Source of the DNA: Psammoneis japonica
Lineage: Eukaryota
Reading direction: 5' to 3'
DNA: 59,567 nucleotides
NCBI GenBank assembly: GCA_008632985.1
Contig: QPGO01000042.1
Location: 496,001-555,567, forward strand
Program-made: the position numbers and the translations under genes
Notes under the pieces: generated by a model
What the model saw: only the letters and a program-made list of their open reading frames with translations
What the model was told of the DNA's origin: nothing
Database searches by the model: none
Shown here: positions 38,194 through 49,600 of the stretch, piece by piece
Position numbering within the stretch: position 1 is the first letter of the stretch
How the letters are laid out: every line of letters begins with the position of its first letter

Positions 38194-38562
38194 TGCAGCA
38201 TGCGACTCTTGTGCACACATGTGTGATCATGTGTGTCATTCATGTGTCAATCGTGCCACAGTTGTGGATGCGTGCGAAGGACAGAACGATCACACAGAGT
38301 TGATCGGAAGTCGAAAATCGCAAATACGATCGACAGACGATGCTGACATCTCACGTGTCAAAAGCAATCGTGCTCGGACCATCTGTTGTCACGATTGCAT
38401 TCTCCGAAAGGCCTTTTGTCTGTAGAAGCAGTGCAGAAGCTTTAGGCCATTGAGAACTCATTCGGAGAAACCAAAAATCACAGAGTAAAATCTAATCTCA
38501 TAATTTCCACTTTTCGTGCACTGTTCCACTTTCGTTTGCACTCGTTCTTCGAGCACAGTGCA
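38194..38562 (+). repeat. Gypsy 3' LTR
   Basis: Direct repeat of 33924-34290, preceded by PPT and followed by GATC. Confidence 0.93.
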
Positions 38563-41500
38563 GATCCATCTTGATCACAGCCAATGGGGTCTGTGTCCAC
38601 AAGCATTTTTGTTGCATCATGACCTCTGCAGTCACTGTGCATGCTTGAGTGAGCTTTGCTCACTCTCTCAGTCAGTCATTGTCCGTGTCCAAGAATGCTC
38701 TGGTCTTGCATCAAGAAGCAAGAAGACAAGGGCGTGTCCACAAGCCTGCACAAACTGTCCAGGGAAAACCCACAGGCAGGTTCCTTCAATTCCAAGTTTT
38801 GTGGTGCAGACAGAGCAGATCAAGTGTTCAGTCTTCTAGTCAAAATGGCTCTTGCTTCAGGTTTGGCAGGGAGCTTGGCCTTGTCATCACTTGTGCCTTC
38901 TTCTCTGAGCTGTTCTTTGGCAAGCACCCTGCTGCAACAACAAAATTCAACACACAGCCCATCACCATGGTTGCAATCACCTCCCTCCCTTTGTGCCATC
39001 ATCCCAGCTCAGAGCACAAAAAGCCAGGCCTCATTTGACTCAGAGTTGAGAAGCAAGATGTGTGTGCATCTGTGCTGCCTTTTTGAAAGTCAACCACTTG
39101 GGGCAAGGTTGTTGCAAGTCAAAGGACAATCATCATTTGAGGTGGGAGCAGCCACCAACTCATTTTCCAACCCAAGCATTTTCTCTTTGCACTGGTTGAG
39201 CTCCAATTTGCATTGCTTCAGTTTCTTTTGAAGCTGGTCTGCGCTGTTCTCAATCTCCTTCTTCTCATCCTCCTGGTTTGCAAGTGCAGGGTTGCTGCTG
39301 AGATTTGCAGTGATGTCGTCCTTCTCTTCAGACTCACTTCTGTTTCAGTGCTGCCATCTTGTGCACATTTTCTTTGCAACAGCTTGAGTTTCTGTCAATG
39401 CTGGCTGCATGAGCAAAAGAAGCTTTGGGACCATGAGCACTTTGCAGTTCAACTGTGCAGTGTGCCACAGGACCCATGACACAGCAAACCTGCTGCGCCT
39501 CACATGCATGGGTGCCACGCATCTGCTTTTCTGCTGGTTGCTTGGTCATTCCCAAGCAGGGTCAGAAAGTTCACATGCAATGAAGCTTGAAGGCAGGCAG
39601 CAGCTTGGCAGTGGAAAATCATCCCACCACACAAAGCAGTTGCCACCACCACAGCGCCCCTTCTCAGGGTCAGTCTCATTTGTCACCCACTCTTTTGTCT
39701 TTGAGTTGTGCACCCTTTTGTCTGGTTTAAAATGCCAAGGAGCCAGCCACAGCCCCATGTGCAGCTCATTTTGAAGCTTGTCCTTTGCCACATCTGAGAG
39801 GTTGCCACCCACAGCATTTGCAATCTTGGGCAAAATTTCATTTTGTTGAGGTGTCCTTGTGTTGGTTTGGACAGAGGCCAATCATCAAGCAGCTGTCATT
39901 GCAGCAACAGCAACTCTGTTTGCAACCAAGTTCTTCATTGTGAAGAAATGGAGACATGTGGAGACCCTGCCCTTGACAGCTGCTTTCTTGGCACATTTTT
40001 GGGAAACGTCCTTTGATGGTGGAAAGTGCAGAAGTGGCTGGAGTTGTGATGCACAGGAGGGCAGTTTCATCTGGTGATGGAGCATTTTTCCTTGCCAATC
40101 AGCTCAGCAAAGTGCAAGCCAAGTGACACCTCCCAGGAACTTGGACACTTCCTCGACACTTTGAAAAATGCAAACAAAAACATGGCAAGGTCAGCAGTGC
40201 AAGCCAGGGTGTCACCATCATTGGCTGCTTTCTTTGGTGCATTGTGTGCTGCAAAGAAGCCAAAGGATCTCTCCAATGGTCAGCAGCAAAAGTGCCCAGT
40301 GCCAAAGCACACAGAGCAGTGCTGCAGGCCATTTCTGGTGTGCTGGGCATTGGCCAAGCAAGGGGTGGAGCCCCACCAGCTGACAGAGCTTCCTCAACAA
40401 AAGCTGTTGGCAGCTTTTGCATGGAGTGCATCATTCACACACCAAGTGCCCCACAGAAAGAAAGCTGTGAGGCTGGCATGGGATCAAACCACACACCAGT
40501 GTGGCAGCACACACACACCAACAGCAGCAGCCACAAGGGCCAGTGCTGAGGAGTGGCAAGCGCCTTTCTTGCTTCTTGCATGAGTCTTTTCTTCTTGTTC
40601 TTTGACAATCATTTTTCTTCCATGAGAAAAGCAGCTGTTGTGCATCTCATTTTTGCAGCTGCTGCATGTGCAAATTTTCTGGCATGACATGCCATCCTGT
40701 TGCATGCACTTGATGTGCTGCCCCCTCCCTTGCCCAGCTTGTGCGGGACACCAGTGTGATTTTTACAAACAAAAAAGTCCTGGCCAAATTTTGACTGAGT
40801 CAAGAAGCTCATTGTTTAAAAATCACACCAGCATGGGACAATTTTTCCCAACAAGCAGGCACGTGCTGCAACAATTTGATGCCCCACCTCAACTGGAACA
40901 GCCACAAGCAAGAATGATCATCCAGTGCAAATGCTTGCCTGGGTCAACATGTCCCATCATGCCCCAGCTGGCAAATCCAGCAGAGTCCAGCCACTGGCTT
41001 TTGCAACATTTTGTTTGACAGACCTCTTTGGCAACTTTTTGCAGCTGGCATGCATTGCACAGACCCACACTGTTTTTGTTCCATGAGCTCTGCACACACA
41101 GGGGGGCATCACACAGTGGCCAGTGGGGGGTGCTGCTGATGTGCATCAGCCACACAGAAGTTTGAACAATGCACTGCAGCCAAGTGCACAAACAGTCTTT
41201 TTGTTGCTCTCATTGTGTTCGTGCAGATGATGGATTTTCTGCACCTGCCTTTGCACCATCTGTTGGCAAACAGCAGGCTCTTGCTCCTTTGGGCAACTTT
41301 GTCCTCACCTTCTTTTTGATTGTTGTGGTCAATGCACATGTGATTTTGTTGGCCTTGGTGGGCCACCCTTTGCAGCATGCCTTGTCTCCCTTTTTTCTTT
41401 TTCTTGGGTGCTTCTCCACTCTTTTCTTTGCTGTGCAATGAGACAAGAGCTTGAGGTTCTTCACGCTCTCTGTGCCTTTGTGTTGGTGAGGTGCAGCTCA

Positions 41501-44500
41501 ACCCAGGTTTCCATTGGGCTCATCTTCAGCTCTTTCTTGCATCTCAACTGCACTGGGTGGCTTCATTCTGTTTGCATTGCTGCTGTTTTGAAGCTCCTGC
41601 TTAAATGCAGCTGATTTGGCTGCCTGTTGATGTCATTGTGCCAGCTGATTGCTTGCATTTTGCTCACTCTGGTGCCCGCCCTTTGTCTTTCTAGGATTTC
41701 TCCTGCAACAGCTGCAGCACAAACCTGGCGCCAATGGCAGTGCTCTTCTTCTTGCGTGTCATCTCCATGTCATCCAGCAGGGTCATTTTGCAAAAGTTTG
41801 TCTTGCTGCCCTTCACCAACACATTGTTGCAGTCTGTGTGAGAAGGGCACAAGCTTTGTTGTCTTCAGCACTTTTGTTGTTCTTTTGCTTTGGCGCAGTC
41901 AATGACAACAAACAGCAACAGGATCTGACAAGGCTGCCCCAAACAACAGGACAGCGGGCTCACTCCTGTGAGAGGAAAACTTGGTCCTTGTTCACCAGCC
42001 AAAGTTCTTGCAGAGGAGCAACACTCACACACTTGAAAGTGCCCCTGTGCACAAGAAGACAGCCCCAGAGGTGTGGCACAGCTGCCAGTTTGTTGCTGGA
42101 GAAAAATCAAGTGGAGGACACAAGGAAGAAAAGAGACAATCCCGCTCTTGTTTGTGGCGTGGCACAGAATGCCCTGACAGCAGCTTTGTGCACAAAATGT
42201 GAAGTTGACACAGGTCAAACAGAGAAGAAGTTCTAAGTGAAAGTGAACATGGGGAATGAGAGTGCACTTGCACAGAAGATGGCACCATCATGGTTGCATG
42301 CAAATTGGTGCAAAAACTGGTGAAAACCACAGAGAGGTGTGTGACAAGTCATTTGTGGCAAGGGCATGTTCTGTGCTAAAAGAGCACACTGCCAGCCATG
42401 CTGCCCAGAATGGCTGCCCCAGAGAAAAACAAAAAGAGTGCAGCTCAGTTGTCCAACTCATGGCTGTGAACACAAAGAGAGAGCAGCAAGTCACCAGCAG
42501 CACTGACTTCATTCAATGTGTCAACAAACAACTTTTGATTGCGCAAAACATTGTTGCCCACATTCTTGTGCCAAAAAGATCTCCAAAGCTGAGACCACAC
42601 ACACTGAAAGTGATGGCACACAAATGGGCAAAGTCACTGAAGCTGTCTGCATTTGGGGAAAAATGCAAAAGTTCAACAAGAAAATTGTGCCAAATTGCAC
42701 ATGAGAGGATGCTGCTGCAGCAGCATGTGTCATGGCAATGCCTCTCAGCACATCTCAGCAACACTGCCAAAGGAGCAGCACTGGAGCAGCCAAAGGCTGG
42801 ACAAAGTCACACAGGAGGAAGGTGCTTCATTTTGAGCCAGGGGTCAGAAATGCACACATGTGGGCTGATGCAAGGAGAGGCTGCTGTGCCCACAAAGTGC
42901 CAGCAGCAGCATCTGAGGGGATCTTCTTCTTGTTGCTGTGGGACTGCAATCTCAGGAGAAGCCAGGGGCAGCATGAAGATCAGCACAGCACTTGCAATTG
43001 GGGTGCCAGCAAGCCAGCCAGCCAACCAATGCTGGTGTGTGGTGGTGCACAGAGGCCAAATCACAAACATCAGCACCACTTTTTCAAGAATGCAAAGATG
43101 TGTGTGTGTGTGTGTGCATGTGTTTGAGGTGCATTGCTCTGTGTTTGTGTTGACTAGGTTCTCTTTGGCTCTGCACTTGCATGCTGACTTGCAAATCCCA
43201 TTGTGGCAGGCACACCAATGCAGTGCTGCTTGTCAGCATCAACTCACAAATTCCTTCACAAAAAGAACCTTTTGCAGCTGGGCTGCCCCCTCATGCAATG
43301 AAGCCCTGGCAGCACTCCCCCCCAAACTCACCTGTTGGGTTGTCAGTGTCATCTGGCTCTGGCCGCACACAGCTTGCATGCCACTTTGACTTGACAACCT
43401 CTTTTTCAAGTTCTCACCCCTGAGCTCATCTTGCATCAAGAGAAAATGCTCTCTCTGCCATCAACAAACACCCAACACCCCCACCCCCCAGCTTTCCTGA
43501 CATTGTCCTGGTGCACCCACCATGCCACTTGGCACACCCAGCCAAAAATGCACCAGGTGGCAGCACACTGATCAGCAAGCAATGTTGACAAATGAAGCAT
43601 TTTTTTTCATTTGCAAACTGTCAAAATGCACAGCTGCCTTTTTGCACAACAGTTTCCAAGTCACAACAAGCCAGACAACACCTTGCCATCTCCTGTGTTG
43701 TTGTTGTCAATGATGAGGATGTGTGCTGTTGCAAGTCCACAACTGCCACCCAGCAGACTTGTGGGGTCCTTCATTTGCAGAAAGCTGTGCCACATTGTTC
43801 ACAGAGAAAAGCCCAGGTTTGCAACCATTTTGTTGGTTTGAAAACAGTGGTGCACACAGACTTGTTGTTTGCAACAAATCTGTTCTGTTTCTTTGTTTGG
43901 AAAGTCTGGCATCATGTTGGTCTGTTGAATGCAGGCATTGCAGAGGCAGAGTCACATCATTGGGGGTTGTGGACAGGCAATGATTTTTCAACAATGGCAA
44001 GAATGTGCCAGAACAACTTGCAAATTTGAAGGCATTTGTCATCATCGAGAAACACAGAAAGAACTTGACTGTGAGGGGCACACAGCAGAAATTTTGCACC
44101 ACTGCAGATCTCTTTCAGGCAACGTGGTGTTGCCACTCAAAAAAGCTCCCACTGACTGTGGCAAATGGCAGGCCAAACTTTTGCAGGAGAGAAAGTTGAA
44201 AAACCTTTCCTGTGTGCATTTGCCCCATGGGTTGCCTTCAAGGTGGGGGGCTGGACTCTTGTTGGCTGTTGTGATGAGCTGTGCATGTTGTGCATTGAAG
44301 AAAAGTCTCGCCAAAGGTGCCCCAGTGGTTTTGTGCCAACTCCACCAAACATGGCAGCTTTGTTTGGCATGCCAGTGACAAAAAAAAACTCCAGCCACTG
44401 CGTGTCTCATTTTGGCCAGTGTGCTCCACTTCTTTGAGCAAGAAGAGACTTGCAGCCACTGTGGAGCCCTTTTGGCCTCTCTGCACTTGGCAGGGAGATC

Positions 44501-45340
44501 TTTTGTTTTGTTTGCTGGGCTTTGTTTTGCACTGTTCACATGGGTGGTGCATGATCAGCACACCCAACACACCTGGCCTTCAACCTTTCCTTCCCCATCC
44601 TTCCAGTGCACATGCCACCAAAGGGTCAGGACTCAGATGTCTTCTTCCTGTGTTCTGCTGCAGCTGCACTCTGGTGCTGCCATGGCCAGCCTTGGACAGA
44701 AAGTTGTCGACAATGTCAATGACTTCATCAAACTCTGAGCCAATGGTCAGCTTGGTTTCATCACAAGCATGCACACAGAGGATTTGAACTTGGCTCAGGT
44801 TTTCAAGGGCACTTGGCGCAAAACAAATTTTGCAAAAGCACGTGTTGCTTGCCTTTTCAAGTGCTTTGTTGCACACTTGTTGACGCCAATGATTTCCAGT
44901 CCATGGCCAGTGCAGGATGTGGCCTCAGAAGAGGAGAGAGAGAGTGAGCCAAAAGCCAGATGGCCCAAAGGTGCCACACATTTTTTCCCTTCTCCCCCCT
45001 TTTGAGAGAGCGGCGAGTCCTCGTCTGCTCCTCCAGAGCCAGAGAGAGTTTGGGCCAACTGGTCAATTTGCCACACACAAGGGAGAGCACCAAGACTTGG
45101 CACTTTTGTTCTTCCTGTGAGCAGCAGAAAACAAGAGCACCATTCTTCCTCGAATCACCCCTCACTCAAAGCCAACTTTGATCTCTGCTGGGGGTCACTC
45201 AACGCCCCTCTGGAGTGGCTCATTTTTTTCTCAATGCTTTGGCAGCTGCATGACAGCACAACTCATGGCATTTTCCTGCACAAACTGGGTTGTCATTTGT
45301 TTTTCACTGAGCAAGGGTTCAAAGAGCCTGATCAGAAGAA
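38563..45340. mobile_element. Old degenerate repeat-derived sequence, unassigned
   Basis: Extreme TpA and CpG depletion, TG/CA saturation, coding-like remnants with no recognisable domain. Confidence 0.4.
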
Positions 45341-46063
45341 GTGTGGGAAGCAGCAGAGGGGACACGGCGGAAGGGGCTGCTGAAGCGGGAGGCGCGCAAA
45401 ACATCCCCTTTGGCGAACAGACGCAGCCGTGCATTTTTGACGTTTTTTGCAGAAAAACTGAAATCTGTCAAAATCTGCAAGGTTCCAAAATTGGCTCCTC
45501 CTCTTTTAGGTGGAACTCTCTAGATCGAAGTCTGAAACCGAAAGATTTTGGATTGCCGCCCTCGCTGCTGTCAGAAAATGGAGCCATGATGATTGCCTGC
45601 ACCAATCATTTTGCTGCATTTTGCGCCGGCGTTCGAACCAATTGCAACACACAACGGTTGTTTCGGTGCGCACTTTTGCGCGACCCACGCGACATGACAA
45701 CATGCGCCAGTGCGTGGTGCTGGTTGTTTTGCTTCTGACCGTTCTGTCTTCTGTGAGGTTTCATGAGGCTGTCTGTGTGTGTTGATGTTGTCCAGTTGTG
45801 CATGTTGATGTTGTCCAAGGCAAGCTGCGTTGGACCAAGTGAATGTGGAAATGTACGAAATTTGCGCATTGTTGCAGTTTCTTTGCCAAATGGTCAGTCC
45901 TCATTTGTGGCCATGCTCAATCCGCGGCGGCTTAAGTGAAAGTCCATGTGTGTGTGTTTTGCGTGTTGATGCAGTTGTCTTTGCCAAACAGTTGTTTGTA
46001 ATTTGCTCAATTCCATTCTTTCTGGCCACACTTCTTCTGAAGGGACTTTGCTTGCTCCTTCTC

Positions 46064-46408
46064 CTACTCCGCCAACTCCTCCTTGGTGAAAAATCTCCCC
46101 GACTGCTGTGGAATCGCCGCTGCATGTGCTGCCTTTAGCTCCTCCATGGTTGAATCATCCTTGGGCACGACCGTTGTTTCCACATGATGACTGTCCACTG
46201 TCGTGTTGTCTTGCACAAGTGCAGAAGTGACATCAAAATTTCCCGAAGCAAGGTCAAACGCCGCTCTTGCTTCTTCCAAGGTAATCTCCTCTTCGTCTTC
46301 CTCATTCATCAATGACTGAAGAAGTTCCACACGTGTCTGCACCTTTTTCTTGTCCTCACCAGTTTTCTTTGGCTCGTCTGCCTTCTTTGTTTGTTGTTGC
46401 AAATCCAT
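46064..46408 (-). pseudogene. Small ORF with UBA-like helical segment downstream of the Helitron helicase
   Basis: 'ITLEEARAAFDLASGNFDVTSALV' resembles UBA-like folds; charged N-terminus. Confidence 0.3.
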
Positions 46409-46603
46409 GTTTTCTTTGCTGCGTTCGCGTTTCTTGGTTTGTTGGTTAAAATCCATTCGACGTTGTGTGACGCATGTGCAGATTTCCATGCAATGTGCTG
46501 ATCTAATCGAAACATTTTATTTTACGAAATTTCCGCATTTTTACGGCCTGGGGTCGCCAAATGGTTGTGCAGTGGTTGAGCATCCTAATCTGATGTTTGC
46601 GCA

Positions 46604-49600
46604 CTACACCAACATTTCTGCGCACTGTTGCTGAGAAAAATGCGTGGCGCTTCTCTCCTTCATGAGTCTCATCAAGGCTTCGTAACCTTCTGGGACCTTG
46701 CATTTTCGCAGGTCCTTGCTCAGTGGCTTTCGCATGAACAGCCCTTCTCTGGTCTTTACTCTGGAGAGCACAACACACACCCAATTCTGAGTGCAGCTCC
46801 AAGAGTGTACAAACAACTGCGGGACTCCACTCCCTTGCAGTTTGTGCCCTGCAGTGGCATTGTTGATGACAAACGGCAGCTGGGTTGCCTTCAGTTGGAA
46901 AGTGTGCCTTTGTTTGTCGCCTTCTTCTAAAATTAGGCTGGGCTTGGTGATGCAAGCCCTGAAAGCATTTGTTTTTGGCTCAACTAAAAACTTCGCGGGG
47001 TCGATGCTTTTGTTGCAGTGTTCCAATGCAACGTGGTCTACCTGACTGGCAAGTGCAGCAGGAATGCCAATGTTGTTGTCTAAAGTCACTGGTCTTGGTT
47101 CCTGTCCTGGTTTGAAAACAACCTTGTCAACAGTGGCTTGCGTTCCGTTTGCTTGACTGTTTGCTGCATTTTCGTTGAAAGGTGTCATGACTCTGCATCT
47201 TCTGTAAATTCGCAAGACTGGATCCATTCTTCCTGATTGCATGACAACGTCTCCTTCACCACAGTTGTTCCAGAAGCTGTTGCAAACCGGAAATGGTTGG
47301 CAGAGTCTCGTGCCATTCTGCACCTGCAAGTCGTCACTGAAAATCAACATTGAGTCAAGGACGTCTCCATCTCTTCTGTGCAGTGTTTCTACTCTTTTTT
47401 CGAATGGGCCAGTGTCAATTGCATCTCTGTCCTTATTTGCGCACGTGGCATGGTGGAGGTCACTGGGCAGATCATCTTCATTCTGAACTGCTCGTTCGTT
47501 GATGTGCTCCACATCGTCAACTGCAATCTCACCAGTGCGGAATCTCTTGAGCAGTTTTCCCCATGATGGATCGTCTTTAAACCTGTGCACACCACGAAGT
47601 TCTGTGCAGCAGTTGATCCACTCGTGAAACTCGGGACATGCATCTTTGTGCAGTGCTTTCACTCCTTTTCCGACTGGTTCTAGTTGCCTGAGGTCACCTG
47701 CGAAAACAATGTTCATGCCACCATGCGGCTTGCTCAATTCGCTCTTCAATGCTGTCAAATTCTCATGGAGTTTTTCTAGTTCTCTCTTGCTTGCAAAAGA
47801 AATCTCGTCTGCCACCAAAAGTCTTGTGTCTGACCATGCTTCAATTTGCTCTTCGGTTGTTTGCTTTCTTCTCATGAGGCATGCAACTCGGTGGATTGTG
47901 TCCCCTTTGAGAATGGTGGCAGCCACTCCGGTCAGTGCAGTCACTCTGATTGTGCTTGTTGTGAACGGCTGCTCAACAAGCGAGCAATGCTCTCTTCCGC
48001 ATTCCATGACGAGGTCCATTGTGGTTGATTTGCCACTTCCACCTGCACCATGCAAAAAACACACAAGTTGCAACGTTCTGCATCTTTGCATTTCCACGAG
48101 TTTCTTCAATCGGCAAAGGTTTGTTGCGAATTCATGTCTGCCATTTCTCCTGTTAAGTCCATTGCGTGACGTCTCGTCTTGAAGAGCGTCTTGGCAGCAA
48201 GTGAGCACAAAGGTTCCTGCTAGAATTTCAAAGGCACGCTGCTGTTGCCTGTCCAGTCTTGCTTTCCTGGCCCAGTCTACGACACTCACTGCAGATCCGT
48301 TTGCTTGACGCACATCGACGTGTTCTTCCAAACCTGTCACATCCTCAAACGACCTTCTTGTTCTTTGCGTTCCAGTCAGCATCACTCGAACAATGTCATC
48401 TCTTGACAGTGGTCTGCTGTGGATGTGTTGTTGCACTCCTTCATTCTGGTCTTCCTCGTCGGTGTCATTGCCGCCCTCTAGATTCTCAAAAAGTTGTCGT
48501 TCATTGACCTGGCTTTCCTCGTTTGGTGGGTCAGTGTGCATGTCTGCCAAGCATTTGCAACCACCCATGTGTGAACCTTTCTGTCTTGCACGTTTGCCAC
48601 TCAAATGCGCAGGAATGACTGCTTGGTCGCTCAACCCAATGTCATCGTCTTCTGGCTGCTCTGCCATTTCTTCCAAGAGTGCATCCAGTGGTTGACCCTG
48701 AATGGCGCCTGAAAGACCTTCTTCCTCGTCACTTTCGCAACAGTCAAACGCAACGTCAGCAGGTCTAAATTGCTCCGTCTTTCTTTGCAGATCGTCAGAT
48801 GTGCTTTTGAGATGAAGGCAGTTGGACTCAGCATCCTGTGGGTTCTGCAAGAAGTTCAAGTTTTCCTCTGCAATGACACCTGCTACCACGGAGAGTTGGA
48901 ATTCACGCAGGTGTGTGTGGGTTGTTGGTTTGAGTTCCGTCATTGTTCTGCAAGGCGCAAACAAGGCCAATGCCAACTTGCAGCACAATTCTTTGTCCAG
49001 CGTTGTTGGTTGCTGCGGATCCACAAGGCAACTGCCAAACTTGGCTGCATCAGGAAAATCATGCTGAAGTGCTTTTGGCAATCGCGGTTGCTGTCGCTGT
49101 CTGACACCTTGAAGAAACTCATTCTTCGTTGAATTGCAAGACGGGTGCCTGTGCGCTCTGTTGTCGAACATCATCATGCCGTGTTCGTTTTTCCTTGTGT
49201 TGCGAAGAACTTCGCATTCACTGAAAAACGCAAACGGACTGAGATTCTCCAGTGCTGTTGGACGACACAGGCAGTGCAAGGCCTGGCATTGGAAGAACGG
49301 TGCATCGCCAAAACAGGCTACAGTCGCAGACACTTCGTCTCTTTCTAGTGTGCTGACAATGTCTTTCAAGGGGCACCATGCGGTCAAATGAGATTCGATG
49401 AAACGGCTTCCATTCCTTGTCATGTGAGACGCAAGTGGTGGTCCAATGACGTTCGTCATGCGAGCAAGCACCCCATGTGAGACGTCTGATTGCTTCTGAT
49501 GCATCAGATGCGTGTTTCCGTAATTCCGTCGCTGTCCTGTTCGCAGTTCGAAGCACTTCGTCGTACGATGCAGTGTCATCTTTCTGGGTGTCTTTTAGGA

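Larger units (their letters stand above)
33924..38562 (+). mobile_element. Ty3/Gypsy LTR retrotransposon, internally decayed/deleted
   Basis: LTRs 33924-34290 and 38194-38562, 4-bp TSD GATC, PPT 'agggaggcgag'; remnants of PR 'DVIMGRDLM', RT 'IFMQRMSELMAGL', RH 'EKELLSTVETL..RNMLFGQ', 'HIEGKANVVA..ISRL' in Gypsy order. Confidence 0.88.

Noticed and set aside
24139..38562. ADAR/APOBEC-type editing during retrotransposition
   Set aside because: That would be strand-biased and copied into both LTRs; here both TG and CA products occur, the LTRs differ, and DNA transposons are equally affected.
45340..45560. Helitron 3' terminal hairpin/CTRR end
   Set aside because: Only a short cagcag/ctgctg stem is visible; not enough to call a terminus.
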